From Nitrospirota bacterium (GTDB lineage: Bacteria > Nitrospirota > UBA9217): DNA of 64,000 nt. Made by a program: the position numbers and the translations under genes. Numbering within the stretch: the first letter of the stretch is position 1; every line of letters begins with the position of its first letter. Shown piece after piece: positions 50,217 through 60,024 of this stretch. The DNA lies in NCBI GenBank assembly GCA_963751455.1, contig CAVVUN010000001.1, positions 160,001 to 224,000 of the forward strand, written 5' to 3'. The notes beneath the pieces were generated by a model, which was not told where the DNA came from, did not search any database, and saw nothing but the letters and a program-made list of their open reading frames with translations.

Positions 50217-51185
50217 CTAAGACGGGTTCTCCAGAAGCCCGTTACCGCTGAAGTCGGTGTTGTGGCCGTACACTTCTCTCAGGATCACGTCGGCCCCCCG
50301 TGCCAGAAGTGTTTCAGCGAGGGTAACACCCAGTTTCTCCGCCTTGTCGCCAGCACCTTTAATCGCATCCTTGATAATACGCTTGCCGTCCACGCTGCCG
50401 ACAAGACCGGTCAGATGCAACTCGCCGTCCTTCATCTCTCCGTAGCAGGCGATCGGCACCTGGCACCCGCCTTCGAGCCGCCGGAGGAGCGCCCGTTCGC
50501 CGGTTACACAGATACGGGTGTCGGCATGATTGAAGAACGCGATCATGTCATTCAGTTCACGGTCATCTACACGGCATTCGATGCCGAGCGCGCCCTGCCC
50601 GATGGCGGGCAGGCTGATTGAAGGATCGATGTATTCAGTTACGTTTTCCGCAAGCCCGAGTCGTTTCACACCGGCCGCAGCGAGGATGATTGCGTCAAAC
50701 TGGCCTTCTTTCAATTTTCTGATGCGGGTGTCCACGTTGCCGCGAAGCTGGTGGATCACGAAGTCAGGCCGGAGGCTCGTAAGCTGCGCCTGCCGCCTGA
50801 GACTGCTCGTACCTACGTTCGCGCCCTTGGGAAGATCTTTAAACGAAACCTTATTTCTCGAAAGAAGTGCATCCCTCGGGTCTTCGCGTTTCGTAATGCA
50901 CGACAGGTGCAGCCCATCCGGGAAAAAAGTAGGAACATCCTTCATGCTGTGTACGGCGATATCAATCTCGCCCGCCAGCATCGCTTCTTCGATCTCTTTG
51001 ACGAACAGCCCCTTCCCTCCGACTTTTGCAAGGGGTACGTCGAGAATTTTGTCACCTGTTGTCTTGATCTTCGTGAGCGAAACGGTGATACCGGTATATT
51101 TTTTCTCAATTTCCGACTTTACCCACTCGGCCTGCCAGAGCGCGAGCGCGCTGCTCCGAGTACCGATCCTGATCTCTTTTCTCAA
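50217..51185 (-). CDS. hemC: Hydroxymethylbilane synthase
   Basis: GTRSSALALWQ, KGLFVKEIE, AVHSMKD, LEGGCQVP. Confidence 0.98.
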   Translation of the reverse strand: MRKEIRIGTRSSALALWQAEWVKSEIEKKYTGITVSLTKIKTTGDKILDVPLAKVGGKGLFVKEIEEAMLAGEIDIAVHSMKDVPTFFPDGLHLSCITKREDPRDALLSRNKVSFKDLPKGANVGTSSLRRQAQLTSLRPDFVIHQLRGNVDTRIRKLKEGQFDAIILAAAGVKRLGLAENVTEYIDPSISLPAIGQGALGIECRVDDRELNDMIAFFNHADTRICVTGERALLRRLEGGCQVPIACYGEMKDGELHLTGLVGSVDGKRIIKDAIKGAGDKAEKLGVTLAETLLARGADVILREVYGHNTDFSGNGLLENPS

Positions 51186-51296
51186 TGAAGGACTCCTTGC
51201 ATTTTTTTTAGCCGCAGATTACGCCGTGGTGTCGCCAATAACCCCATGTGGTTCTTCTTTTATGCCGCAAGCCGCATCCAAAATCCGCGTTTGAAA

Positions 51297-52655
51297 TTAC
51301 CGGCACTTCGATTCCCGGCCCGGTTCCGGACCTTCCTTGTCGGTCAATTCCAGCGAATTCCCATGCGGCCCTGGCCGCTTCAGTTCCTTATCCAGGTTAA
51401 ACAGCCTGCGCGCAATCGCGATGGTACTGTTATCACCGTTATCCCCTGCAGAGGCCGCCTGTTTGAGCACGACCAGAGGTGCGTGCAGCAGCTTGTTGAT
51501 GATCGCCTCGGACATGGCCTCTACGGCCCTTCTCTGGTCTTCGCTGATGCCGTTCAGGGAACCCAGCGTCTTATCCAGTTCCCGTCTGCGGATTTCCTCC
51601 ACTTTTTCGCGAAGGTCGACGATCGTCGGCACTGCGTCGAGAGCGCGCTCCCATTGGAGATAGGTTTCGACCTCCAATGTTACGATCTTTTCGGCCCGTT
51701 CCGCCTCGCGTGCCCTGCCCTCTGCGTTAACGTCCACCTTGCTCTGGAGGTCGTCAATGTCGTAGAGATACACATTGTCCGCTTTGTCAACTTCAGGGTC
51801 GATATTTCTCGGGTTGGAAATGTCGATCAGGAAGATCGGCTTATGGCGGCGTTCCTTCAGCGCGCGCGTAACCATATCCGGCTTCACCACATAATTCGGT
51901 GCGCCTGTTGCGCAGATCAGAATGTCCACCATCACGAGAGCGTCCGGGAAATGCTCGAACCTGATGGCGTCTCCCTTGAACTCCTTGGCCAGTTCTTCCG
52001 CTCGCTCAAAAGTCCTGTTCGCAACCATGATGTTCTTTACGCCGTTTCCCAGGAGGTGCTGGGCGGCCAGCTCCGCCATTTCGCCTGCGCCCAGAAGCAT
52101 GACTGTCTTCCCCTCAAGGTCGCCGAAGATCTTCTTGGCCAACTCCACGGCTGCCGAACTGATCGAGACTGCCCCTTCAGCGAGTTTCGTCTCAGTCCGC
52201 ACCCTCTTTGCAACCGAAATGGCTTTTTTGATCAGCTTGTTCAGGATGGTGCTCGTTGTCTTGGTCTTCAGGGCGATATCGAAGGCGTCCTTGAGCTGCC
52301 CGAGGATCTGCGCCTCTCCCACAACCATGGAATCCAGGCTGGACGCAACGCGAAAAGTATGGCGGACTCCCTGGGCATCCGGATAGACATAGAGTGACTG
52401 TTCCAACGCTTCGCGGCTGAGGGAGTGGTAATCGGAAACGAACTGCTTGATACGATCGATGCCGCTGACGCTTTCATGAACGAACGCATAGATCTCCACC
52501 CGGTTGCAGGTAGACACGATCAGGCTTTCGCGGATGCCCTCATAGGTCATGAGTTTCCTGAGCGCATCGGGAAGCGTGGCTTCGGGGAAGTTAAGCTTCT
52601 CGCGCACCTCGATCGGCGCTGTTTTATGACTCAGACCGACGACGATTATGCCCAT
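51297..52655 (-). CDS. hemA: Glutamyl-tRNA reductase
   Basis: HKTAPIEVRE, STCNRVE, GEAQILGQ, GAGEMAEL. Confidence 0.98.
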   Translation of the reverse strand: MGIIVVGLSHKTAPIEVREKLNFPEATLPDALRKLMTYEGIRESLIVSTCNRVEIYAFVHESVSGIDRIKQFVSDYHSLSREALEQSLYVYPDAQGVRHTFRVASSLDSMVVGEAQILGQLKDAFDIALKTKTTSTILNKLIKKAISVAKRVRTETKLAEGAVSISSAAVELAKKIFGDLEGKTVMLLGAGEMAELAAQHLLGNGVKNIMVANRTFERAEELAKEFKGDAIRFEHFPDALVMVDILICATGAPNYVVKPDMVTRALKERRHKPIFLIDISNPRNIDPEVDKADNVYLYDIDDLQSKVDVNAEGRAREAERAEKIVTLEVETYLQWERALDAVPTIVDLREKVEEIRRRELDKTLGSLNGISEDQRRAVEAMSEAIINKLLHAPLVVLKQAASAGDNGDNSTIAIARRLFNLDKELKRPGPHGNSLELTDKEGPEPGRESKCR

Positions 52656-52795
52656 TCTTGCATCACCCTAATCTGAACTGATCATGAGACAAGGACAGTA
52701 TTGGCAGATTACGCAGATTTCACTAAAGTCTTTTTGTATTCTCATGATTTAACCAAATTTTTCCATCAATTTCGATAGAATTGATTCAGAATTTG

Positions 52796-53608
52796 CTAAA
52801 ACGTATGTTTCCCGATGTTCACCCGGCTTACGACGAAGAAGCTGATCAGAACAAATACGAAGCCGAGAATCGAGAGGAATGCCATCTTTCGCCCGCGCCA
52901 CCCGATCGTACGCAGGTGCAGCAAGACCAGATATATCGCCCAGGTGATCAGGGACCATGTCTCCTTCGGGTCCCAGCTCCAATAGGTGCCCCAGGCGCTG
53001 TTGGCCCAGATTGATCCGGTCAGCATGCCGATGGTAAAGAGCGGCCAGCCGAGCGTCAATGCCTTGTATCCGAGCGTATCCATGATGTCGAGCGAAGGCA
53101 ACCGGTGGAAGATGGCCCCCAGGTGTTTCGACTTGAGCTGCCGCTCCTGGATCAGATACATGACTGAAACGATGAACGCGAAGGCAAAAGCCGCGTCCCC
53201 GAGCACCGCGAAGCTGGTATGCACGCCAAGCCACCCGCTTTTCAGCATCGGATTCAGCTCCTCGATGCTGCTGGATACTATGAACGCAGGAACCATCAGG
53301 ATAATCACGAGGGGCAGCATGAAAGAGCCGAGCGCGGCGATCTTGAACCGTATTTCCATGATCAGGAACACGAACATGATACCCATGCCCAGAAAATTGG
53401 CTGCCTCGAAAAACGTGGTGACCGGCACACGTCCCGATTCTGCCCATCGAAACGAGAAGTATGCAATATGAAGAGCAAATCCGGCTAAAGCGGCTGCCAG
53501 GGATCCTGCGGCGATGCGCTTCAACTGGGGCTTGATAATATACGTAATATAGCCCGCGGCTGACAGAACATAGATGCCTATTGCCGCTTTAAAAAAAAGA
53601 ATATTCAT
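52796..53608 (-). CDS. ccsA: Cytochrome c biogenesis protein CcsA/CcsB (system II)
   Basis: WANSAWGTYWSWDPKETW tryptophan-rich motif. Confidence 0.9.
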   Translation of the reverse strand: MNILFFKAAIGIYVLSAAGYITYIIKPQLKRIAAGSLAAALAGFALHIAYFSFRWAESGRVPVTTFFEAANFLGMGIMFVFLIMEIRFKIAALGSFMLPLVIILMVPAFIVSSSIEELNPMLKSGWLGVHTSFAVLGDAAFAFAFIVSVMYLIQERQLKSKHLGAIFHRLPSLDIMDTLGYKALTLGWPLFTIGMLTGSIWANSAWGTYWSWDPKETWSLITWAIYLVLLHLRTIGWRGRKMAFLSILGFVFVLISFFVVSRVNIGKHTF

Positions 53609-53785
53609 AAAAACGGTTCCCCGGAATAGATTGTGAACAATGACCTTGCATAATACTTTTTAATGGGAGATAAAGTCAAGCAAAAAACGGGAAGTGATTG
53701 AAATGTAGAGGATAAATTCACTTTATTATAGATACCTGCAAAAGGGCCTGAGGTTTGGCTCTTTGTCCGTTCGTAAGGCGCTTTT

Positions 53786-54469
53786 TTACCGTTCTTCGAT
53801 CAGCTTTCCGTCCGACATTCGAAGCACCCTGTCGGCCCGGATGGAAAGCTTGTCATTGTGGGTCACTATCACGAATGTCACGCCCCTGTCACGGTTTATC
53901 CGCTGCAGCATTTCGTGGACGGCCTCCCCCGTAACCGGATCAAGGTTTCCGGTTGGCTCATCAGCCAGAACGACGTCCGGTTTCAGCATCAGGGCACGGG
54001 CGACCGCCACCCGCTGCTGCTCTCCGCCGGAGAGCTCACCGGGCCGGTGGTCCGTCCTCTTGCCGAGCCCTACATCGTTAAGCGCAGATGCGGCCGCCTC
54101 GGCCGCTTCCCGCCGTTCGGTCCCGCGTATAAGCGCAGGCATCATAACATTCTCCAACGCGGAAAATTCCGGCAAAAGGTGGTGAAACTGGAATACAAAA
54201 CCGACACGCTCATTACGGAACCGGGCAATTCTGTCGCTGTCCATTCCGAACACATCAACTTCTCCGTACAATACCTTGCCGGAGGTCGGCCGATCCAGTC
54301 CCCCGAGGATATGAAGGAAGGTGCTCTTTCCAACGCCTGATGCGCCGACGATCGCGAGCATTTCACCTTTTTGAATGTCGAGTTCGATATCCTTAAGGAC
54401 ATGGAGCTTGACGGGTCCGCTCATGAATGTCTTCTGGAGTTTCTCTATATGGATGAGCGGCTGTTTTAT
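53786..54469 (-). CDS. lolD: Lipoprotein-releasing ABC transporter ATP-binding protein
   Basis: GASGVGKST, GFVFQFHHLL, LSGGEQQR, ADEPTGNLD; start uncertain (ATA 54469 or ATG 54424). Confidence 0.92.
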   Translation of the reverse strand: MKQPLIHIEKLQKTFMSGPVKLHVLKDIELDIQKGEMLAIVGASGVGKSTFLHILGGLDRPTSGKVLYGEVDVFGMDSDRIARFRNERVGFVFQFHHLLPEFSALENVMMPALIRGTERREAAEAAASALNDVGLGKRTDHRPGELSGGEQQRVAVARALMLKPDVVLADEPTGNLDPVTGEAVHEMLQRINRDRGVTFVIVTHNDKLSIRADRVLRMSDGKLIEER

Positions 54470-54717
54470 TTTTTCTCTCCCTTTTTATCTCCGGATTTGA
54501 CCGTGTCTATCACTTTCTCGACTGCCTTACCGGTGTTTGATGCCTTTTTCTCCATCTCCTGTTTGACGGTTTCCGCTTCCTTTCCCACTCCCGTAATCCA
54601 TTTGCCGGCGGTCCGGAGCAGGCCGCCTCCGCCGAGAAGAACAAACACGACGAGAATAAGCGCAACCAACACGATCGTCATTAAAATTCTTTTTACTGTT
54701 CCGCCCTTCTTCCCCAT
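54466..54717 (-). CDS. Small single-TM hypothetical protein
   Basis: Hydrophobic N-terminus plus Lys/Glu-rich helix between lolCE and lolD. Confidence 0.6.
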   Translation of the reverse strand: MGKKGGTVKRILMTIVLVALILVVFVLLGGGGLLRTAGKWITGVGKEAETVKQEMEKKASNTGKAVEKVIDTVKSGDKKGEKK

Positions 54718-54752
54718 ACGTCCCCCCCTTTTTTAGTCATACATCTTGCATT

Positions 54753-55988
54753 CTATTCATACCGAAGCACTTCCACAGGGTCTTGCTTTGCCGCCTGCCA
54801 TGATGGATAAAGTGTGGCGAGAAAACTGATCCCCAGCGCTGTAATGCTTATGAACAGGATATCGAGGCCTGTGATTGAAAGCGGCAGACTACTCACCTGG
54901 TACACGTCCTTGGGAAGGGAAACCACGCCTGTTTTTGTGATAATCATTACAGCACCGTAGCCGATAAGCGCCCCGAGTACGGTACCGACTGTCCCGATTA
55001 CGATCCCCGCAAACATGAAGATCCGCATAATGCTGCCCGACGGGGCGCCCATCGATTTCAAGATCGCTATCTCGCGGCTCTTTTCCATCACAATCATCGT
55101 GAGCGTGCCGATGATATTGAAGGACGCCACAATGATGATCACCACCAGAATAAGCGACATTCCTATTTTTTCGAGCTTCAATGCCGAAAAAAAGTTTTTG
55201 TTCATCTCGATCCAGTCCCGTGTATAGTAAGGGTACCCGATGGCCGCCCGAATTTCTCCCGAGATCTTATCGGCATTATAGACCTGGTCCACACGCACCT
55301 CGACACCGCTTACCCTGCCGGGCATATCAAAGAATTTCTGCGCATCAGGCAGCGAAATATACGCGAAACCGGTGTTATAGTCGTACATCCCGGCGTCGAA
55401 GATGCCCACTACTTCGAACTTTCTCATTTTTGGCACCATGCCCACTGCGGTTTCCTCGCCGATCGGGTTGACCATGGTAACGGTGTCCCCGATTGTTGCG
55501 CCAAATTTTCGCGCGAGGTCTTCTCCGATGACAAGGCCGGGCACTTTCCGCCCGGGCGGGCCGAGGTCACCCAGCGATCCCTCGACCATGTTCTTCTCAA
55601 GACTCGTCACCTTGCCTTCGGACTGCGGATTAATGCCGCGCACCACAACGCCCTGCACCCGGTCCCTCGTAGAAAGCATCGCCTGGCTGATAATGAACGG
55701 CGTGGTTGCGGTTACATGCGGCACCCGGTCTATTTTTTCCTTCAAGGCCTGCTCGTCCTTTACGCCCATGCCTGAATATTCCATCACCACGATATGGGAG
55801 ATTGCGGACAGTATCTTGTCCCGGAAATAACCCTGGAACCCGGTCATGACCGATAAAGTTATGATGGATGTTGCAACGCCTATCACAACACCGGCTATGG
55901 AGATGAAGGTATTGAGCGAAATAGTGCCGTAACGCTTCTTGGCCTTCAGGTACCGGAGGCTGACAAATATTTCGTAGGGAGTTTTCAT
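54753..55988 (-). CDS. lolE: Lipoprotein-releasing ABC transporter permease LolC/E
   Basis: SVMTGF, EKSREIAILKSMGA, ATLYPSWQAA, PVEVLRYE. Confidence 0.9.
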   Translation of the reverse strand: MKTPYEIFVSLRYLKAKKRYGTISLNTFISIAGVVIGVATSIITLSVMTGFQGYFRDKILSAISHIVVMEYSGMGVKDEQALKEKIDRVPHVTATTPFIISQAMLSTRDRVQGVVVRGINPQSEGKVTSLEKNMVEGSLGDLGPPGRKVPGLVIGEDLARKFGATIGDTVTMVNPIGEETAVGMVPKMRKFEVVGIFDAGMYDYNTGFAYISLPDAQKFFDMPGRVSGVEVRVDQVYNADKISGEIRAAIGYPYYTRDWIEMNKNFFSALKLEKIGMSLILVVIIIVASFNIIGTLTMIVMEKSREIAILKSMGAPSGSIMRIFMFAGIVIGTVGTVLGALIGYGAVMIITKTGVVSLPKDVYQVSSLPLSITGLDILFISITALGISFLATLYPSWQAAKQDPVEVLRYE

Positions 55989-56002
55989 GAATTGATAGTT
56001 CC

Positions 56003-56094
56003 GCCACAGAGATCACAGAGGACCCAGAGAAATGAAAAGGCAAATTCTTTACTTATCAAGGGATGGCCTCTGTGCTCTCTGTGTTCTCTGTGGC
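56003..56094. repeat. Intergenic palindrome with 9-bp periodic arms (CACAGAG type)
   Basis: GCCACAGAGATCACAGAGGACCCAGAG ... CTCTGTGCTCTCTGTGTTCTCTGTGGC. Confidence 0.8.
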
Positions 56095-56105
56095 AAAGAT
56101 TAATG

Positions 56106-57584
56106 TTATTTTTCCTTTTTCATCTGCGGGAACAGGATAACGTCACGGATGGAACTCGATCCGGTAAGAAGCATCACAAGCCGGTCGATGCCTATCCCTT
56201 CTCCTGCTGCCGGCGGCATACCGTATTCGAGCGCCCTGATAAAGTCCTCGTCCATCTGGTGCGCTTCCTCATCCCCTGCCTCCCGCTCCGTCACCTGTTT
56301 TAAAAAACGCTCCTTTTGGTCAATCGGGTCATTCAGCTCGGAAAAGGCGTTTGCAAGTTCCCTGCCGACAATGAAGAGTTCGAACCGCTCTACGTAATCC
56401 GGATTGTCTTCCCGTTTTTTTGAAAGCGGAGATATATCGGTGGGATAGTCCATGATAAACGTGGGCTGGATCAGGGTCGTTTCGACCACAGCTTCGAATA
56501 TATCATTCAGGATTTTGCCGAGCGATTCTCCGCCTTTGAGGCTCGCGCCCTTTTTGACAGCGTATGCGCGGGCTTTGACCGGGTCTCCGAGAACGTCCTC
56601 AGGGACACCTGCGGCCTTCAGTGCCTCAATAAATGTGAGCCGTTTCCACGGTGGAGCGAGACTGATCTTATTTCCTTCGTATTCTATTTCGGTGGTGCCC
56701 AGAACTTCGCGGGCCACGCTGCTGATCATTTGCTCGGTCATTTCGATGAGATCGCGGTAATCGGCGTACGCCGTATAAAACTCGAGCATGGTGAATTCCG
56801 GGTTGTGACGCGTTGAAATGCCCTCGTTCCTGAAATTCCGGTTTATCTCGTAGACCCGCTCGAATCCGCCGACAAGAAGGCGCTTCAGGTAGAGTTCCGG
56901 CGCGATGCGAAGATAAAGGTCCATATCAAGGGCGTTGTGATGGGTTTTAAAAGGTTTGGCAGCGGCGCCCCCCGGGATCGACTGCATCATCGGCGTTTCG
57001 ACTTCGATATAATCGCGTGAATTCAGAAAGCTCCGAATCGCCTGGACAATTCTGGTCCTGAGGACGATTACCTTTCTGACATCCGGATTTACGATCAAAT
57101 CCACATACCGCTGACGGTAACGAAGCTCGACATCGGTCAGCCCGTGCCATTTTTCAGGGAGTGGACGCAGTGATTTTGAGAGGAGGGTGAAATTCTCCAC
57201 CTCGATCGTCAACTCGTTCGTCTTTGTCCGGAACAGGAATCCCTTGACGCCGATGAAATCCCCGATGTCCAGCTTCTTGAAAAGCGAATAGCTTTCCTCG
57301 CCGAGTGAATTCTTCTGGACATAGATCTGGATCCTGCCCGAGCCGTCCTGGAGGTGGCTGAACCCCGCCTTTCCGAAGCTTCGCATCGCCACAATCCGTC
57401 CTGCGACCGTTACCTCTACGCGTTCTTTCTCAAGGTCTTCCTTGCTCGTATTTCCATGTCGCTCCTGCAGGAGCAGTGCTGACGCTGATACCCTAAATTT
57501 TCCGGCGTACGGCTTTACGCCCATCGCGCTGATCTCATCAAGCTTCTTGAAGCGTTGCTGGATCAACTCGTTGTAATCATCCAT
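56106..57584 (-). CDS. lysS: Lysine--tRNA ligase (class II)
   Basis: LPEKWHGL, RYRQRYVDL, YLRIAPELYLKRL, GIGIDRL. Confidence 0.98.
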   Translation of the reverse strand: MDDYNELIQQRFKKLDEISAMGVKPYAGKFRVSASALLLQERHGNTSKEDLEKERVEVTVAGRIVAMRSFGKAGFSHLQDGSGRIQIYVQKNSLGEESYSLFKKLDIGDFIGVKGFLFRTKTNELTIEVENFTLLSKSLRPLPEKWHGLTDVELRYRQRYVDLIVNPDVRKVIVLRTRIVQAIRSFLNSRDYIEVETPMMQSIPGGAAAKPFKTHHNALDMDLYLRIAPELYLKRLLVGGFERVYEINRNFRNEGISTRHNPEFTMLEFYTAYADYRDLIEMTEQMISSVAREVLGTTEIEYEGNKISLAPPWKRLTFIEALKAAGVPEDVLGDPVKARAYAVKKGASLKGGESLGKILNDIFEAVVETTLIQPTFIMDYPTDISPLSKKREDNPDYVERFELFIVGRELANAFSELNDPIDQKERFLKQVTEREAGDEEAHQMDEDFIRALEYGMPPAAGEGIGIDRLVMLLTGSSSIRDVILFPQMKKEK

Positions 57585-57670
57585 ACAATTCCTTTCATGA
57601 GGACGTGGGAACAGTTACCCGGTATCGTTGTATCCGTGTCAATCGCGCTATTACTTCCTAAACACCGCGG

Positions 57671-57700
57671 ATTATACTGGCCTGTGACAAGAGCTGTCAA
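57671..57700 (-). promoter_or_regulatory. Consensus sigma70 promoter of lysS
   Basis: TTGACA-18bp-TATAAT. Confidence 0.8.
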
Positions 57701-57710
57701 CAACAAAGGG

Positions 57711-58598
57711 TTATCCGGCAAGCATTCGGAGCACTTCGAGATATTTTTCGCTTGTTTTCTTTATGACGTCGTCGGGCAGCGACGGCGCCGGCGGCTTCTG
57801 GTTCCAGGACAGGGATAGCAGATAATCCCTGACAAACTGCTTGTCGAAGCTTTTCTGGGAGACGCCCTCGGCATAGCCGCTTTTCGGCCAGAACCGGGAA
57901 GAATCCGGGGTGAGCACTTCATCGATAAGAATCACCTCGCCGTCATACATCCCGAATTCAAGCTTGGTGTCCGCGATGATGATGCCTTTGGCTTCGGCGA
58001 TCTTGCATGCTTTTTTATAAACACCGAGGGTATACGCTTTTATCCTGTTCGCTGTTTCTTTTCCGACGAGTTTGACCACCGCGTCAAGGCTGATGTTCAC
58101 ATCATGCTCTCCGGCCTCGGCTTTTGTAGAAGGAGTGAAAATCGGTTCAGGCAGCCTGGACGCTTCTGTCAACCCGGGCGGCAGCGGAATGCCGCTGACG
58201 GAACCCGTCGCACGGTACTCCTTCAGCCCGGAGCCGCTCAGGTAGCCCCTGACGATGCACTCCACGGGCAGCGGCTTGGATTTCTTTACGAGCATGCTCC
58301 GTCCTTCAAGAACCTGCTCATGAGCTCTGCAGGCCGCCGGGAAATCGCGAACATCCGTGGACAGCAGGTGGTTTCCCACGATGTCCCGGGTATGCGAGAA
58401 CCAAAACCTGGAAATCTCGGTGAGGACCCTGCCTTTGTCAGGAACTGCGTTAGGCAACACGACATCAAAAGCTGAAATCCTGTCCGTTGCCACAATAAGA
58501 AGCGTCTCCCCGAGGTCATAGATATCGCGGACTTTGCCCCGTTTCGGGGGTTTCAATCCTGAAAGGTTCGTCTCAAGCACCGGTTGCGTTTTCATCAT
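57711..58598 (-). CDS. purC: Phosphoribosylaminoimidazolesuccinocarboxamide synthase
   Basis: [36 protein letters not shown]. Confidence 0.97.
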   Translation of the reverse strand: MMKTQPVLETNLSGLKPPKRGKVRDIYDLGETLLIVATDRISAFDVVLPNAVPDKGRVLTEISRFWFSHTRDIVGNHLLSTDVRDFPAACRAHEQVLEGRSMLVKKSKPLPVECIVRGYLSGSGLKEYRATGSVSGIPLPPGLTEASRLPEPIFTPSTKAEAGEHDVNISLDAVVKLVGKETANRIKAYTLGVYKKACKIAEAKGIIIADTKLEFGMYDGEVILIDEVLTPDSSRFWPKSGYAEGVSQKSFDKQFVRDYLLSLSWNQKPPAPSLPDDVIKKTSEKYLEVLRMLAG

Positions 58599-59922
58599 CT
58601 CCTCTTTTCTGTTCTCCATCCCCGGTGCCCTCCCGGGGAAGTTTGAGTATTCTGACCCGCGCAATCCGGTTTTTTCTGAGACGCAGAACGGTAAACATGA
58701 GGTCCTGAAACCGGATCTGGTCGCCTTCGACCGGAAGACGCCCGAACAGGCCCAGAACGAAACCGCCGATAGTCTCGAATTCGTCTTCGGGAAGCGATAC
58801 GCCGACCCGGTCATTTACCTTGCCGATGTCCGTCTTTCCGTCAACGATGTACCGGTTAGCAGCGATCTCCTCTATTTCGCGCAGAACTTTTTCCTGTTCG
58901 TCCTGAATGTCTCCGATGATCTCCTCGATCAGGTCTTCCATGGTTACGAGTCCGTCGGTGCCGCCGTATTCATCCATCACAAGAGCCAGGTGTATCCGCT
59001 TTTCCCGCATTTCCTTCAGCAGCACGCTCACGTTCTTGTTCGGCGGCACGATATACGGCTTTCGCAGCACCTTTTCCAGCCGGAACGGTCCGTTCCCGAT
59101 GTGAACCGGCAGAATGTCTTTCAAATATACAACCCCTATGATGTTATCGATCGTCTCGGAATATACCGGGAGACGAGAGAAACCTTTCTCGTTCATTATA
59201 CGAAGGATGTCATCGATGTCGGCTTCCGCTTCGACAGCTACGATATCGGTCCGCGGCACCATCACTTCCTTTACAACCGTATCCGTAAAACGGAAGACGC
59301 TGTGGATGAGGTCTTCCTCTGATGGTTCAAAGACCCCGCTTTTCCGACCTTCCCTGATCAGGTATTTGACCTCGTCTTCTGATATGAGATGCGATTCTGG
59401 AGGGCCGGCTATCTTAAAGAAACGCAGAACAAGATTGTTGGATGCCGCAAGCACACGCAGGATCACTTTGAATACCCGCGAGAGCATGTCCAGCGGCGTG
59501 GACGTCACAAATGCTATCTGCTCGGAATACCGGAGTGCCAGGGACTTCGGGATCAGTTCGCCTATTACGAGGGTAACATACGTAATTGCGGTCACGATCA
59601 GCCCCACAGCGAGCGGTTCTGCCGCCTTTTGAACGATATCAACCGGGACTTCCATCAAGAGCGGTTTAATCCGCTCTGCGGCGATTACGCCGCCAATAGT
59701 AGCGGCGAGGGTCCCAACCAGCGTTACACCGATCTGTACAGTTCCGAGAAACCTCTCCGGCTCCTCCTGCAGTTTTTGGACTTTCCTGGCCTGCGCGTTG
59801 CCGCTTTTGACGAGGTGCCGTACGCGGCTTTTCCGCAGGGAAATAAGCGCTATCTCGGACGCTGAAAAAAAGCCGTTCAAGACGATCAGGGCAAAAATCA
59901 GGAATATATCCGTTATCCACAT
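58573..59922 (-). CDS. Hemolysin/HlyC-CorC family transporter (CNNM-CBS-CorC)
   Basis: [42 protein letters not shown]. Confidence 0.92.
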   Translation of the reverse strand: MWITDIFLIFALIVLNGFFSASEIALISLRKSRVRHLVKSGNAQARKVQKLQEEPERFLGTVQIGVTLVGTLAATIGGVIAAERIKPLLMEVPVDIVQKAAEPLAVGLIVTAITYVTLVIGELIPKSLALRYSEQIAFVTSTPLDMLSRVFKVILRVLAASNNLVLRFFKIAGPPESHLISEDEVKYLIREGRKSGVFEPSEEDLIHSVFRFTDTVVKEVMVPRTDIVAVEAEADIDDILRIMNEKGFSRLPVYSETIDNIIGVVYLKDILPVHIGNGPFRLEKVLRKPYIVPPNKNVSVLLKEMREKRIHLALVMDEYGGTDGLVTMEDLIEEIIGDIQDEQEKVLREIEEIAANRYIVDGKTDIGKVNDRVGVSLPEDEFETIGGFVLGLFGRLPVEGDQIRFQDLMFTVLRLRKNRIARVRILKLPREGTGDGEQKRGDDENATGA

Positions 59923-60024
59923 AAGAGCATACTACGTTGTCGCGCCACGAATTTCAAATCCGAACCAGCGGACGCAACGGGCAGCATACATTCCGGCCGC
60001 ACAGACATCATTGTTTTGCCCCGC

